64,000 bases of DNA from Flavobacteriales bacterium (GCA_046074525.1 JBJTOK010000010.1:86541-150540); one strand, 5' to 3'; numbered from the stretch's first letter, positions 10,665 through 22,242 are shown. Notes: generated from the sequence alone by a model not told the origin. Numbers and translations: made by a program.

Positions 10665-11552
10665 TTACCTGCCTGCTTCCTCGTGGTTGATGATCTGCAC
10701 GATTTTACCCTGTTTGTACACAGTGGTTTTGAAGAGTTTTCCATCAGAAGTATATTGAAAAACCTTTCCATCTTTAAGGAAGCCATTTTCAAATAATCCT
10801 TGACGCGCAACGCGGCCCTGGCGGTCTTTGAGTCGATACATTCCGTTACCGTCGAAAACTCCTTCTTTATATTTTTCTTCTCCTCCTTCTTCTCCCTTAT
10901 CTTCGGGAGCCTTATTTTCAGGCTCCTTCTTAGCAACAGAATTACTAGGAGTTGCCATTACTTTTCTCTCGTAAACTTTGGATGTTGCGGCATCGAACTT
11001 GCCGTCCTGATAGTTCTTTTCGGATTTAAGTTCCCCGTTGTCGTAGTATTCCTTGATTACCCCTGTTTCTTTCCCATCTATCCATTCACCTTCTATCATC
11101 AACTTACCGTTTTCGTGATAATACTTCTGAACCCCGGTACGGGTTCCCTGATTGTTGTACTTCCAGTCACTGGCAATTTGTCCGTTTTCGTAGTAATATT
11201 TGTATTCCCCTATCCATCGGTTGTTTTTCCAGATCCCTTCCTCTCTTTTATTACCGTTTGGATAATAGAATATGGCATAACCGTTTGGTCGGTTGCTTAC
11301 ATAAGTGATGACATCTTTTACTTTATCGTTATTGAAATAATGGGTCCACTTCCCATTCTTCATATCATCCTGGTAATCGCCTTCTTCTACTTTCTGATCG
11401 TCTTTATAATCCGGGAGTTTTTTATCTCTGTTGAAGTAAACCCAATGACCTTGCTTTAGGTTGTTCGCATCAGTTACATTGTAAGTGCCATTCTGTGCAG
11501 CCAGTGGGCGGGCCATCGCTACAATGATCAATATGGCTATTACTTTTTTCAT
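10665..11552 (-). CDS. MORN-variant repeat protein (YwqK-family-like), secreted
   Basis: Signal peptide MKKVIAILIIVAMARPLAA. Tandem repeats of the YxENGxxxxEGxWxxGKxxG type (MORN variant). An acidic/lysine-rich low-complexity C-terminal tail. Confidence 0.6.
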   Translation of the reverse strand: MKKVIAILIIVAMARPLAAQNGTYNVTDANNLKQGHWVYFNRDKKLPDYKDDQKVEEGDYQDDMKNGKWTHYFNNDKVKDVITYVSNRPNGYAIFYYPNGNKREEGIWKNNRWIGEYKYYYENGQIASDWKYNNQGTRTGVQKYYHENGKLMIEGEWIDGKETGVIKEYYDNGELKSEKNYQDGKFDAATSKVYERKVMATPSNSVAKKEPENKAPEDKGEEGGEEKYKEGVFDGNGMYRLKDRQGRVARQGLFENGFLKDGKVFQYTSDGKLFKTTVYKQGKIVQIINHEEAGR

Positions 11553-11687
11553 TAGCGTTTGGGGGTTCTACAGTTTTTTACTTGTTTTTAACAAATTTTG
11601 TTTCATATCAGATACTTTTTTAAGTGAAACCACGTATTGGCACCATCGGAATATACGTAGTCACATTATTTCAAATATAGGACCATT

Positions 11688-13436
11688 CTATTTATTTATT
11701 GTTAAGCCTAGTTCAACTAATTGTTTACTATCTATCAATGAAGGCGAGTCTATCATTACATCGCGGCCCGAGTTGTTTTTTGGGAAAGCGATAAAATCGC
11801 GGATAGAATCCTTCCCCGAAAAAATAGCGCACATCCTGTCGAAACCGAAAGCGAGTCCGGCATGTGGTGGTGCTCCATATTCAAAGGCATTCATCAGAAA
11901 GCCAAACTGATTTTGGGCTTCTTCATCGCTAAAGCCAAGAATACTGAACATTTGCTTTTGCAAACCACGGTCGTGAATACGCACTGATCCTCCTCCCAAT
12001 TCCACTCCATTGATCACCATATCATAAGCATTAGCTCTTACTTTCCCGGGATCAGAAGTCATCAAGGCCACATCCTCCGGCAAAGGAGAAGTGAATGGAT
12101 GGTGCATTGCAAAGAAGCGTTTTTCATCCTCACTCCATTCCAACAAAGGGAAATCAATCACCCACAGCGGCTTAAATACTTTAGGATCTCTGAGTCCGAG
12201 TTCCTGTGCGAGTTGAAGGCGCAGCTCCGACAAAGCCTTGCGGGTCTTATCGGCGGAGCCAGCCAATACCAATATTAAATCACCGGCTTTTGCCCCAAAG
12301 GCATCGGCCCATTTTTTCAGTTCTTCAGGAGAGTAAAACTTATCCACTGATGATTTATAGGTTCCATCACTATTGCACTTAACATACACGAGTCCGGTAG
12401 CACCAATCTGTGGTTTTTTCACAAAATCGGTCAACGCATCCAGCTGTTTCCTGGTGTATTCCGAGCAACCTGTAGCGTTAATACCCACTACCAATTCAGC
12501 AGCATCAAAAACCTGGAACCCTTTATTTTTCACGACATCATTCAGTTCCACAAACTTCATATCGAAACGCAGATCGGGCTTATCACAGCCATAGTATTTC
12601 ATAGCATCGGCATAAGTCATACGTGGGAAAACCGGAAGTTGGATATTGAGTACTTTATTGAATAAATGTGTGATCAGACCTTCGAAAGTCTGCAAAACAT
12701 CTTCTCGGGTCACGAAAGACATCTCACAGTCGATTTGTGTAAATTCAGGTTGACGATCGGCCCTCAAGTCCTCATCACGGAAGCATTTCACAATCTGGTA
12801 ATATCTGTCGATACCAGCCACCATGAGCAATTGCTTAAAGGTTTGCGGCGACTGAGGCAGAGCGTAAAACTCTCCCGGATTCATGCGTGAAGGCACCACA
12901 AAATCGCGGGCGCCTTCAGGTGTGGATTTAATCAAATAAGGAGTTTCTACTTCAAGGAAATTCAGGGTATCCAGATACTTTCTTGATTCAATTGACAAGC
13001 GGTGTCTCAATTCCAAAGCGCTTCTCACAGGAGTACGACGGATATCGAGATAACGGTATTTCATCCGCAGCTCATCTCCTCCATCGGTATCATCTTCAAT
13101 GGTGAAAGGAGGCGTTTTAGATTTATTCAGCAGGGTCAGTTTAGCCACCTGGATCTCAATATCTCCTGTTGGGATATTGGCATTTTTTGAAGCCCTTTCA
13201 ATCACTATGCCTTCCGCGGTAACAACATCTTCACGGGAAAGAGAGCGGGCAGCAGCGAGCGCAGCAGCATCCGATTTCCCTTCTTCCAGAGTCAGTTGGG
13301 TAAGTCCGTAACGGTCGCGAAGATCAATCCACAACATCCCCCCTTTATCTCTGACCTTTTGCACCCAACCACTTAAAACAACCGATTTTCCGATATTTTC
13401 GCTTCGCAGTTCCCCGCAGGTATTTGTTCTTAACAT
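11688..13436 (-). CDS. aspS: Aspartate--tRNA ligase
   Basis: 582 aa. N-terminal OB-fold anticodon-binding region ([26 protein letters not shown]), class II motifs and a GAD insertion. Confidence 0.95.
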   Translation of the reverse strand: MLRTNTCGELRSENIGKSVVLSGWVQKVRDKGGMLWIDLRDRYGLTQLTLEEGKSDAAALAAARSLSREDVVTAEGIVIERASKNANIPTGDIEIQVAKLTLLNKSKTPPFTIEDDTDGGDELRMKYRYLDIRRTPVRSALELRHRLSIESRKYLDTLNFLEVETPYLIKSTPEGARDFVVPSRMNPGEFYALPQSPQTFKQLLMVAGIDRYYQIVKCFRDEDLRADRQPEFTQIDCEMSFVTREDVLQTFEGLITHLFNKVLNIQLPVFPRMTYADAMKYYGCDKPDLRFDMKFVELNDVVKNKGFQVFDAAELVVGINATGCSEYTRKQLDALTDFVKKPQIGATGLVYVKCNSDGTYKSSVDKFYSPEELKKWADAFGAKAGDLILVLAGSADKTRKALSELRLQLAQELGLRDPKVFKPLWVIDFPLLEWSEDEKRFFAMHHPFTSPLPEDVALMTSDPGKVRANAYDMVINGVELGGGSVRIHDRGLQKQMFSILGFSDEEAQNQFGFLMNAFEYGAPPHAGLAFGFDRMCAIFSGKDSIRDFIAFPKNNSGRDVMIDSPSLIDSKQLVELGLTINK

Positions 13437-13446
13437 AGTATTTTCC

Positions 13447-14415
13447 TTAATATCCCAATGCCTTTCTTACCCTTTGCAGGGTGACAGAAGCAACGCTCCT
13501 GGCTTTATCGGCACCTATTTTGAGTTTTTTATCTAATTCTTCCCTGTTCGACATGTAGTATTTGAAAGCTTCACGCTCTTTGGAAAAGCGTCCCACCAAT
13601 TCTTCAAATAATGCCTGTTTGGCATGGCCGTAACCATAACCACCTTTGCGGTAATTTTCCTTCATGGTCTCTACTTTTTCAGGAGAGGCAATGAGTTCAT
13701 ATAACTTCACCACGTTACAGGTTTCCGGATCTTTGCTTTCTTCCAGTCCTTTACTATCGGTCACCACCGACATCACTACCTTACGCAATTCTTTATCCGG
13801 AAGGAATATATTGATGGAGTTGCCATACGACTTGCTCATTTTGCGACCATCAACACCCGGCACATACATTGTCTTTTCATTAAAACTTACTTCAGGAACA
13901 CCAAATAAATCAGGATGCTGAAAATTCAACTTATCAGCTAAATCCCTGGTAAATTCAAGATGTTGCTTCTGGTCCTTACCCACCGGAACAATCTCCGCAT
14001 TATACAGCAAAATATCTGCTGCCATAAGGACAGGGTAGACGAACAATCCGGCATTGACTTCACTTACATTTTCCGACTTATCCTTGAAGGAATGCGCCAG
14101 TTGAAGTCGGTTGAAGGACATGTAACAATTGAGGTACCATGCCAGCTCACACACTTCCGGTACATCCGACTGGCGGTAAAACACATTTTTTTCGATGTCA
14201 AAGCCACAGGCCAGCCAGGTCGCAGCTACCGCATAGGTATTCTCTCTTCGGAGATCGGCATCTTTAATTGTGGTTAAGGAATGAAGGTCTGCAATAAAAC
14301 CATAAGTTTCATTAGCGCTGTCTTTCGACGATTCTACTGCAGGAATGATAGCTCCCAGAAGGTTTCCCAAATGAGGGACTCCTGTACTCTGTATACCTGT
14401 TAGTATTCTTGCCAT
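13447..14415 (-). CDS. trpS: Tryptophan--tRNA ligase
   Basis: 322 aa. Class I TGxPHLGN (HIGH variant) at the N-terminus and KMSKS (KMSKSYGN). Confidence 0.95.
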   Translation of the reverse strand: MARILTGIQSTGVPHLGNLLGAIIPAVESSKDSANETYGFIADLHSLTTIKDADLRRENTYAVAATWLACGFDIEKNVFYRQSDVPEVCELAWYLNCYMSFNRLQLAHSFKDKSENVSEVNAGLFVYPVLMAADILLYNAEIVPVGKDQKQHLEFTRDLADKLNFQHPDLFGVPEVSFNEKTMYVPGVDGRKMSKSYGNSINIFLPDKELRKVVMSVVTDSKGLEESKDPETCNVVKLYELIASPEKVETMKENYRKGGYGYGHAKQALFEELVGRFSKEREAFKYYMSNREELDKKLKIGADKARSVASVTLQRVRKALGY

Positions 14416-14463
14416 TGGTCAAATTTGCACAAAACTAGTCAATTAACTAAATACTACAAGAGT

Positions 14464-14946
14464 CTATTTGCTTTGTGAAGGTGTTTCGATGGTATTGCTT
14501 TCGTGGCCAGCCCTGTCTTTAATCAGTACTTTATACTGATAAGGATAGGAAGTTTTGTAATTGTAAGGAGGTTGCAAACGGATCACCTTAAGATAAGTAC
14601 CTTCAATGCCATTGTTATTGCCGGTTGGTGTGAGTTTCGGAAAATAATCCTTAAACTGCGGAACGGTGGTATCCCTTACAAAACCACCTCCCTTATTTTC
14701 ATAGTAATCTATAAATACTGAAGGAGACACATCATCCCCCGAACCAATGTCGCCATCGCCATCCTGAAATGAAAAAGTGAGATAGGCTGAATCAGCAACG
14801 TTTTTGCCATTTTCAACATGAGTAAAAACCTGATAGCTCTGGAAAGTAATAGCGGGAACTATATCAAACTCCTTTCTCTTGATGCAGGCATTGAAGAGAA
14901 AAGCAATTCCAAAAAGTAGCACTATCTTTACCGGGGTATACCGCAT
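14464..14946 (-). CDS. Hypothetical lipoprotein
   Basis: Signal peptide with lipobox-like ...FLFNAC. It has an acidic DGDGDIGSGDD stretch and I recognised no family. Its ATG overlaps the divergent downstream gene's ATG by 2 nt (CATGATG). Confidence 0.45.
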   Translation of the reverse strand: MRYTPVKIVLLFGIAFLFNACIKRKEFDIVPAITFQSYQVFTHVENGKNVADSAYLTFSFQDGDGDIGSGDDVSPSVFIDYYENKGGGFVRDTTVPQFKDYFPKLTPTGNNNGIEGTYLKVIRLQPPYNYKTSYPYQYKVLIKDRAGHESNTIETPSQSK

Positions 14947-15925
14947 GATGACTTATTCAAAACTTGAAAATACAACATTTAGTGTTGAATCGGAAAAGGA
15001 TTTTTTGGCCTGCGCCTTTGAAGTCTTTGAATATCAATATGCGAATAACAACACTTACCGGGAATTCATTGACTTGCTTCCTTCATTTAACAAAAAGAAC
15101 ATCAAATCTGTAAGTGATTTTCCCTTTTTACCGATACAGTTTTTTAAATCGCGACAAATTGTAAGTACTCCCAACCCATCTCCAGTCATTTTCCAGAGCA
15201 GCGGCACCACTTCTGAAAACCCAGGAAAACACTATGTCTCCGATATTCAGCTTTACGAAAAAAGTTTCCTGAAAAGCTTCCATCATTTTTATGGAAATCC
15301 CGAAGGAAAAGCCATCATTGGGTTACTACCTTCCTATATGGAGCGACAGAATTCTTCGTTAATTTATATGGTTCAGAAGCTTGTAGAATGCTCCAAACAT
15401 CCTAAAAGTGGGTTCACATTGGATCCGGATGAAGAACTCATCCATTTCCTTACCGGGAGCGATGAACCTAAAATTCTTTTCGGTGTGACTTTCGCCTTGC
15501 TGGATTTCGCCGATAGGATAAAGGCTCCATTGAAAAACACCATCATCATTGAAACCGGCGGAATGAAAGGTCGGGGCAAAGAGCTAACCCGCATGGAACT
15601 GCATCAAAAACTGAAAGAAAGTTTTCTCTGTTCCATCCATTCCGAGTATGGAATGACCGAACTTTTATCGCAGGCTTATTGCAAAGACGATCTCACTTTT
15701 ACAGCGCCGTCATGGATGAAAACTCTGGTGAGGGATGCCTATGATCCATTCCAGATCAGCACTTCGGGAAAAGGTGCACTGAATGTTATTGATCTTGCCA
15801 ACCTTCATTCCTGCTCGTTTATTGCTACCGATGATCTCGGGCAAGTGCATAGCAACGGACAGTTTGAAGTCAGCGGACGATTGGACAATTCCGATTTGAG
15901 AGGTTGTAATTTGCTGGTGCTATAG
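14945..15925 (+). CDS. LuxE/PaaK-like adenylate-forming acyl-protein synthetase family protein
   Basis: It carries the adenylate-forming P-loop-like motif QSSGTTSENPGKHY and TGGMKGRGKEL (compare LuxE TGGWKG). The length is ~326 aa. The start is taken at ATG 14945; 14948 is equally possible. The ORF-track TTG start at 14879 would run into the divergent gene. Confidence 0.6.
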   Translation: MMTYSKLENTTFSVESEKDFLACAFEVFEYQYANNNTYREFIDLLPSFNKKNIKSVSDFPFLPIQFFKSRQIVSTPNPSPVIFQSSGTTSENPGKHYVSDIQLYEKSFLKSFHHFYGNPEGKAIIGLLPSYMERQNSSLIYMVQKLVECSKHPKSGFTLDPDEELIHFLTGSDEPKILFGVTFALLDFADRIKAPLKNTIIIETGGMKGRGKELTRMELHQKLKESFLCSIHSEYGMTELLSQAYCKDDLTFTAPSWMKTLVRDAYDPFQISTSGKGALNVIDLANLHSCSFIATDDLGQVHSNGQFEVSGRLDNSDLRGCNLLVL

Positions 15926-15926
15926 C

Positions 15927-17204
15927 TTACTCCGTTACAACGAGATGATATTTCTTCTTTCCTGCCTGAATAATGATGTATTTATCCCTAATCAGGTCGC
16001 TGGAAGTAACACTCCTGCTTTCATCAACCTTGGCTTTATTCAATGAAACTGCGTTTCCCTGTATATTCCTCCGGGCCTCCCCTTTAGAAGGATACACGCC
16101 AGTGGTTTCGGTGAGGAAATCAATAACACCAATACCTGCACTCAGCTTGTCTTTAGGGACGATGCTTTTAGGAACATCGGCAAAAATGGCCAGTAAATCT
16201 TCTTCATTCACGTTGCGCAAAGTTTCTTCGGTGGCCTTACCAAAGAGGATTTGCGAAGCTTCCAGCGCACGATTGTAATCATCTTCCGAATGCACTGTGA
16301 TGGTAACTGCTTTCGCTAAGGCTTTCTGCAAAGCGCGCTGACCAGGATCAGCGTTATGTTCTGCAGCAATAGCATCAATCTCTTCCTTTGATTTCGTAGT
16401 AAAAATCTTAATGTATTTCAACGCATCTACATCTGATGAATTGAGCCAGAATTGATAGAATTGATAAGGCGATGTTTTTTTAGCATCGAGCCACACATTA
16501 CCACCTTCCGATTTGCCGAACTTCGTTCCGTCAGATTTTGTAATCAGGTGACCTGTTAAGGCAAAAGCCTCCCTGTCACTCTTCCTGCGGATCAGCTCGG
16601 TACCGGTAGTTATATTCCCCCACTGATCGGATCCGCCCATCTGCAGTTTGCAATTGTATTTATCATTCAGGTAAAAGAAATCATAACCCTGTATGAGCTG
16701 GTAAGAAAATTCTGTAAAAGACAATCCGGTTTCCATCCTGTTCTTCACTGAATCCTTGGCCATCATATAACTGATGGTAATATTTTTTCCTGCGTCCCGA
16801 AGGAAATCGAGCAATGAAATATTCTTAAACCAATCGTAATTATTGACAATATCCGCTGAATTGGGAGCATCTGAAAAATCGAGGAATTTCGACAACTGTT
16901 TTTTGATGCATTCCTGATTGTGACGCAAAGTTGCTTCATCGAGAAACTTGCGTTCGGCCGACTTCCCTGAAGGATCACCCACCATTCCTGTAGCACCTCC
17001 AACAAGTGCAATAGGCTTGTGACCGCAAACCTGAAAATGCTTCAAAAGCATAATAGCTGCCAAATTACCTACGTGGAGGGAATCGGCCGTTGGATCGAAA
17101 CCAACATATCCTGTAGTTATTTCCTTTTGCAGTTGCTCTTCGGTGCCGGGAATCATATCCTGCAGCATGCCGCGCCATTTCAATTCTTCAATAAAATTCA
17201 TCAT
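15927..17204 (-). CDS. tyrS: Tyrosine--tRNA ligase
   Basis: Class I HVGN motif ([14 protein letters not shown]), KFGKS (KMSKS variant) and a C-terminal S4-like domain. Confidence 0.95.
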   Translation of the reverse strand: MMNFIEELKWRGMLQDMIPGTEEQLQKEITTGYVGFDPTADSLHVGNLAAIMLLKHFQVCGHKPIALVGGATGMVGDPSGKSAERKFLDEATLRHNQECIKKQLSKFLDFSDAPNSADIVNNYDWFKNISLLDFLRDAGKNITISYMMAKDSVKNRMETGLSFTEFSYQLIQGYDFFYLNDKYNCKLQMGGSDQWGNITTGTELIRRKSDREAFALTGHLITKSDGTKFGKSEGGNVWLDAKKTSPYQFYQFWLNSSDVDALKYIKIFTTKSKEEIDAIAAEHNADPGQRALQKALAKAVTITVHSEDDYNRALEASQILFGKATEETLRNVNEEDLLAIFADVPKSIVPKDKLSAGIGVIDFLTETTGVYPSKGEARRNIQGNAVSLNKAKVDESRSVTSSDLIRDKYIIIQAGKKKYHLVVTE

Positions 17205-17458
17205 GCTAATTTAAAACACAAATATAGGATTTACTTCTTTGCTTCGGACAGGGATGGATTCCACATCAGTTTCAGCACGAAGGCAAAAGCATTGTTGCTT
17301 CACATTGGGAATCTGCCAACCGAGAGAAACCGGAAAAGCAAAATTCAAAAAGAAACAAGGAAAATATTCTTTAGCATCAGATTAAAAAAACGAAGCAAAA
17401 CTAAAATTAATTTCAGGCAGGGTAAAAGATTTTTCTAAATCCTTTATCTTCGTCGAAC

Positions 17459-18451
17459 ATGAATTTTATTACAGGCGGCATCGGCATAGTTGGATCACGT
17501 TTAATTTACGATTTGTTGTTAAGCGGTGAAAAAGTACGCGCGTTGAAAAGAAAGGAAAGTAATCTTGATACCTTCCACAAAATCATTCGCTTTTATAGTG
17601 GTGATCAGCACATTCTCGACAATCTGGAATGGATGGAAGGCGATATCAACGACATTCTCTCTCTTGAAGAAGGAATGAAAGACTGCTCTTATGTGTACCA
17701 TTGTGCAGCGGCAGTTTCCTTCTTTAAAAACGACAAAGACAGGATGTTCAAGATAAATGTTGAAGGTACGCGCAATGTGGTAAACACAGCGCTGAAATGC
17801 AACATCAAAAAACTGTGTTATGTAAGTTCCACAGCTGCTCTGGGCGGCTCAGAGGTGAACGGACTCATCACAGAAGAAGCACTGTGGCAGGACGAAAAAG
17901 GAAGATCCAACTACGCCATTAGTAAAAAACTTGCCGAACTGGAAGTTTGGAGAGGCATTGAAGAAGGATTGAATGCCGTGATAGTAAATCCGTCGGTAAT
18001 ACTAGGACCCGGTGATAAATCCAGCTCAACACTTTTTACGAAAGTCAATAAAGGACTTCGTTTTTACACCCATGGCGTTAATGGCTATGTGGATGTACGT
18101 GATGTTTCCAACATCATGATTAAGCTCATGCACAGTGATATTTCGGGAGAAAGATTCCTCGCTATTTCCGAAAACATTTCTTTCAGGGAGCTATTCGATA
18201 GTATAGCAGAACACCTGCATAAACAGGCACCAACGATTGAAGCCAAAAGATGGATGGCTGAAATTATATGGCGACTGGAGGCTTTGAGATCAGCTTTATT
18301 CAACACTCCTGCCTTCGTTACCAAGGAAACCAGTGCTTCGGCCTTCTCCAGCTCACGTTACTCCAATGAAAAAGCGCGAGCGCGGCTCAATCACAAGTTT
18401 ATTCCTGTTTTTACCTCAATAAAGGAGATAAGTCGATTTTATAAAAATTAA
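17459..18451 (+). CDS. NAD-dependent epimerase/dehydratase (SDR family)
   Basis: N-terminal Rossmann motif ITGGIGIVGSRL and a YxxxK catalytic region (YAISKKLAE). Confidence 0.8.
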   Translation: MNFITGGIGIVGSRLIYDLLLSGEKVRALKRKESNLDTFHKIIRFYSGDQHILDNLEWMEGDINDILSLEEGMKDCSYVYHCAAAVSFFKNDKDRMFKINVEGTRNVVNTALKCNIKKLCYVSSTAALGGSEVNGLITEEALWQDEKGRSNYAISKKLAELEVWRGIEEGLNAVIVNPSVILGPGDKSSSTLFTKVNKGLRFYTHGVNGYVDVRDVSNIMIKLMHSDISGERFLAISENISFRELFDSIAEHLHKQAPTIEAKRWMAEIIWRLEALRSALFNTPAFVTKETSASAFSSSRYSNEKARARLNHKFIPVFTSIKEISRFYKN

Positions 18452-18454
18452 AGC

Positions 18455-18826
18455 TTAAAGCATCGAATCTTTCATTTCTTTAATCTTCGCCTGCTTTTCA
18501 CTGAGTAACTCCAATACTCGGACATACATTTGATCCAGCTTTTCGGGACGGGCAGCATAATAAGTCATTGTTGAATCCCACTGTACTTTGCTTACATTAT
18601 AGTTTTTCAGAATACCGAGGTACTGACTGTATTTCTGGTTATTCTTCCTGTTATCGGGAAACATTTGAAATTTCGATCCGGCGTCCACTATGTGCATATC
18701 GGCAATAATCATTACAAAAGTGTTGGTATCAATTACCCCTGCTGGTACTATTTCATTAACCACCTCCTCATCAGGGGCGCAGGAAAACAAAAAAGGAAAA
18801 AGGAGAACACAAAAAAAATACTTCAT
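18455..18826 (-). CDS. Hypothetical lipoprotein
   Basis: MKYFFCVLLFPFLFSC lipobox-like signal; 123 aa; I recognised no family. Confidence 0.4.
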   Translation of the reverse strand: MKYFFCVLLFPFLFSCAPDEEVVNEIVPAGVIDTNTFVMIIADMHIVDAGSKFQMFPDNRKNNQKYSQYLGILKNYNVSKVQWDSTMTYYAARPEKLDQMYVRVLELLSEKQAKIKEMKDSML

Positions 18827-18951
18827 TTTAGGGCCTTTTATTTAGAAATCTGTAAAGTTTTTACAAATTTTGCAATCTAAATTAGAAAATTACCCGTAAG
18901 AAGGTCTAGTATTTTTAATATCTTAACCGCGTCTTTAAAATTCTGACACAT

Positions 18952-19377
18952 ATGAAAAAGGTCTTTTTGATCGCTTTACTGATTACTTCAACCCTATACT
19001 CGGGTGCATTAAACGCACAGTGTTTCAAGGGAAACTGTTTCACAGGAAATGGTTCTTTCAAATTCCCTAACGGAGACCAGTATGAAGGACAATGGGTAAA
19101 TGGCAAACCGCATGGTAAAGGAACATACATCTTTGTTAACGGAGATAAATATTTCGGAAGTTTCGTTGCTGGTAAGAGAGAAGGAATGGGCCAGTATATC
19201 TGGGTGAAAGGCGGAAAATACATTGGTAACTGGAAAATGGACAAGAGAGACGGTTACGGAAAATATACCTGGCTGACCAGCGCTACTTACTGTGGATATT
19301 GGAAAGACGATCAGATTATTGACATGAACGTGAATACCATCACTGATTCACAAGCTAAACCAGTAGAAGGAAACTAA
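18952..19377 (+). CDS. MORN repeat secreted protein
   Basis: Signal peptide, then repeated GxYEGxWxNGKxHGxGxY units (MORN repeats). Confidence 0.6.
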   Translation: MKKVFLIALLITSTLYSGALNAQCFKGNCFTGNGSFKFPNGDQYEGQWVNGKPHGKGTYIFVNGDKYFGSFVAGKREGMGQYIWVKGGKYIGNWKMDKRDGYGKYTWLTSATYCGYWKDDQIIDMNVNTITDSQAKPVEGN

Positions 19378-19379
19378 GA

Positions 19380-20723
19380 TTACCTGTTATAACGAATTTG
19401 CTGAGCGGCTCTGTTTTCAATAACAGAGCCGTTTTTGTATACTAAAGTTCCATTCACCCAGGTAGCGGAAACTTTAGCGTCAAAAGTTACTCCTTCAAAA
19501 GGACTCCATCCACATTTATAAAGGATATTGCTTTTATCGACTGTCCATGGATCATTCATATCCAACATCACCAGGTCAGCATGGTATCCCTTACGGATAA
19601 AACCTCTTCTATCTATAGAAAAACAAACCGCCGGTGCGTGACATAGCTTTTCAATGGCGTGCTCCAGGGAAATGCGTCCCTGCTTCACCATTTGCATCAT
19701 CGCCGGAAGCGCATGCTGTACAAGTGGCCCACCTGACGGTGCTTTCAAATATCCTTGTTGTTTTTCTTCTATGGTATGTGGAGCGTGATCGGTAGCTAGA
19801 ATATCAATGTTGTTATCAAGAAGTCCTTTCCATATTGCATCCCTGTCCTTAGCTGTTTTCACGGCGGGATTCCACTTTATCCATGCCCCCTTCTCCTTGT
19901 AATCGTCATTACTGAACCAAAGATGATGAGTACATGCTTCAGCAGTAATTCTTTTTTGAGCCAATGGTACATTATTCTCAAAAAGTGCCACTTCACTTGC
20001 CGTGGAAATATGCAGAATATGCAAACGCGTATTGTGTTTTTTCGCCAATTCTACCGCAAAGGAAGAAGATTTGTAACAGGCTTCTTCACTTCTGATGAGG
20101 TGATGTACATCGAAAGGAATATTGTCGCCGAACTTCGCTTTATATGCAGCCAGGTTATCTTTAATGGTTTGTTCATCCTCACAGTGCGTGGCGATCAACA
20201 TCTTCGCCTTGCTGAAAATTTCATTAAGTACAGCGTGATTGTCTACCAGCATATTACCGGTAGAAGAACCCATGAATATTTTAATTCCGGCTGTAATTGC
20301 AGGATCGGCCGCAAGCAACTGAGAAACGTTATCATTGGTGGCTCCAATAAAAAAGGAGTAGTTGGCCAGACTGTCTTTTGCACCGATATTGAATTTTTCT
20401 TCCAGAAGTTCAACGGTAGTAGTTTGTGGATTGGTGTTTGGCATTTCCATGAAGGAAGTGATACCTCCGGCCACTGCCGCACGTGATTCGGTGTAAATAT
20501 TGCCTTTATGTGTTAATCCGGGTTCACGGAAATGTACCTGGTCGTCGATCAATCCGGGAATAAGACATTTCCCGCCAGCAGAAATAATTTCGGTGTTTTC
20601 GTCTTTATAATTTGAACCATCGCCTTCAAAAACCTCGGCAATCAAACCATTTTCAACCAATATACTTCCCGAGAATATTCGTCCCTCATTGACGATGGAA
20701 GCATCTTTAATTAGGAACTTCAT
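19380..20723 (-). CDS. pyrC: Dihydroorotase-like cyclic amidohydrolase
   Basis: Amidohydrolase signature DDQVHFREPG...GGITSFMEMPNTNP and the HxH metal site of class I dihydroorotase/allantoinase. Overlaps the downstream gene by 17 nt. Confidence 0.65.
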   Translation of the reverse strand: MKFLIKDASIVNEGRIFSGSILVENGLIAEVFEGDGSNYKDENTEIISAGGKCLIPGLIDDQVHFREPGLTHKGNIYTESRAAVAGGITSFMEMPNTNPQTTTVELLEEKFNIGAKDSLANYSFFIGATNDNVSQLLAADPAITAGIKIFMGSSTGNMLVDNHAVLNEIFSKAKMLIATHCEDEQTIKDNLAAYKAKFGDNIPFDVHHLIRSEEACYKSSSFAVELAKKHNTRLHILHISTASEVALFENNVPLAQKRITAEACTHHLWFSNDDYKEKGAWIKWNPAVKTAKDRDAIWKGLLDNNIDILATDHAPHTIEEKQQGYLKAPSGGPLVQHALPAMMQMVKQGRISLEHAIEKLCHAPAVCFSIDRRGFIRKGYHADLVMLDMNDPWTVDKSNILYKCGWSPFEGVTFDAKVSATWVNGTLVYKNGSVIENRAAQQIRYNR

Positions 20724-21456
20724 TCGCTTGCTTGTATTTGGTAAACCAGGATTTAACTTTCATGACAATTACACCCCACAGGGCTTCCTTGATGATACCC
20801 TTGCTCATTTTAGATGCACCGGCAGTCCTGTCCTGAAAAATAATTGATACTTCTTTTATGTTGAAGCCATGCTTCCAGGCTCTGAATTTCATTTCAATCT
20901 GGAAGCCATAACCAACCAGTTTTATTTCATCGAGAGCGATGGTTTCCAGCACTCTTCTTTTGTAGCATTTGAATCCGGCAGTAGTATCACGGATAGTCAT
21001 GCCGGTAATGGTTCTTACATAAGCCGATCCATAGTAGGAAGTCAGCACTCTCGACATTGGCCAATTCACAACATTAACCCCATTCACGTAGCGGGAACCA
21101 ATCGCCAGATCGGCGCCATCCTTACAAGCCTGGTACAATCTCAATAAATCATCTGGATTGTGAGAGAAATCGGCGTCAATTTCAAAGATGAAATCGTACT
21201 TATTTTCTATAGCCCATTTGAATCCGAAGATATAAGCAGTACCTAAACCCAGCTTTCCTGATCTTTCCTTAAGATGTAATCTATTGTTATATTCCTTTTG
21301 TAAATCCTTGATGATTTGTGCTGTTCCATCAGGAGAGCCGTCATCTACAATCAACATTTCAAAGCCTTCCGGATAAGACAATATCTTATGGATAATAGCT
21401 TCGATGTTTTCCTTTTCGTTGTAAGTAGGTATGATGACAAGCGCTTTCAATAGCAA
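20707..21456 (-). CDS. GT2 polyprenyl-phosphate glycosyltransferase (dolichyl-phosphate mannose synthase-like)
   Basis: VIIPTYNEKENI...DDGSPDGT...DADFSH motifs typical of DPM1/GtrB-like GT2 enzymes. Confidence 0.75.
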   Translation of the reverse strand: MLLKALVIIPTYNEKENIEAIIHKILSYPEGFEMLIVDDGSPDGTAQIIKDLQKEYNNRLHLKERSGKLGLGTAYIFGFKWAIENKYDFIFEIDADFSHNPDDLLRLYQACKDGADLAIGSRYVNGVNVVNWPMSRVLTSYYGSAYVRTITGMTIRDTTAGFKCYKRRVLETIALDEIKLVGYGFQIEMKFRAWKHGFNIKEVSIIFQDRTAGASKMSKGIIKEALWGVIVMKVKSWFTKYKQANEVPN

Positions 21457-21474
21457 TAAATTAAGACGGTTAAA

Positions 21475-22242
21475 TTAGTGGTTTTTGAGGAAACTATGAA
21501 TTACCGCCGAAAATTCTTCGGGTTGTTCGGCATGCACCCAATGCCCCGCTTTTGGAATAGTGGCCAGTCGGGCCACCGGGAAAATCTGTGTGATCAGCTC
21601 AATATCTTCATCAAGAATATAGTTCGATCTTCCACCACGAATGAACAACGTGGGATTGGTAAACTCAGCATTTTCCGGCAAAGCCTCACCAATGTTTTCC
21701 ACTTCTCTTGTCAATCCTTCCAAATTGAATTTCCAGGCAAAACTTTCTCCCGATTCCCTTTTCAGATTTTTCATAAGCCATTGTACAACGCCCACATCAT
21801 GGAGTTGTTGCATTAAATGATTCTCTACTTCCTGGCGGGAACTCACATTAGCCAGATCCACAGAATTCAACGCATTTAAAACACTTTGATGATGTTGCGA
21901 ATAATACTTCGGTCCGATGTCCACCACGATGAGTTTATCCACTCTTCCGGGATTTTGCACCGCAAAAAACATAGCGGTTTTTCCTCCCATGGAATGCCCA
22001 ATAATGTATGCAGAGGAAATATTTTGTGCCAGCATGAATTCCGACAAATCATTTTCCATCAACCAGTAATTATGGTGCTTGTCGTGCTCACTTTTGCCGT
22101 GGTTACGCAAATCAATGAGATATACTTTGTAGTTAACAGACAATTCTTTCATTAGCGATTGCCAGTTATCCAACGATCCCAGGAAACCGTGCAATACAAT
22201 AACGGCCTCCCCCTCTCCGGATACTTTATAATTCAGCTGCAT
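21475..22242 (-). CDS. Alpha/beta-hydrolase fold protein
   Basis: HGFLGS (oxyanion hole), nucleophile elbow GHSMGG, and a C-terminal His. Overlaps pdxJ by 17 nt. Confidence 0.7.
   Translation of the reverse strand: MQLNYKVSGEGEAVIVLHGFLGSLDNWQSLMKELSVNYKVYLIDLRNHGKSEHDKHHNYWLMENDLSEFMLAQNISSAYIIGHSMGGKTAMFFAVQNPGRVDKLIVVDIGPKYYSQHHQSVLNALNSVDLANVSSRQEVENHLMQQLHDVGVVQWLMKNLKRESGESFAWKFNLEGLTREVENIGEALPENAEFTNPTLFIRGGRSNYILDEDIELITQIFPVARLATIPKAGHWVHAEQPEEFSAVIHSFLKNH

Noticed and set aside
10800-11459. 219-aa plus-strand ORF antisense to the MORN-repeat gene
   Set aside because: A hydrophobic low-complexity translation of the reverse strand of repeat DNA. The sense gene has a clear signal peptide and repeat structure.
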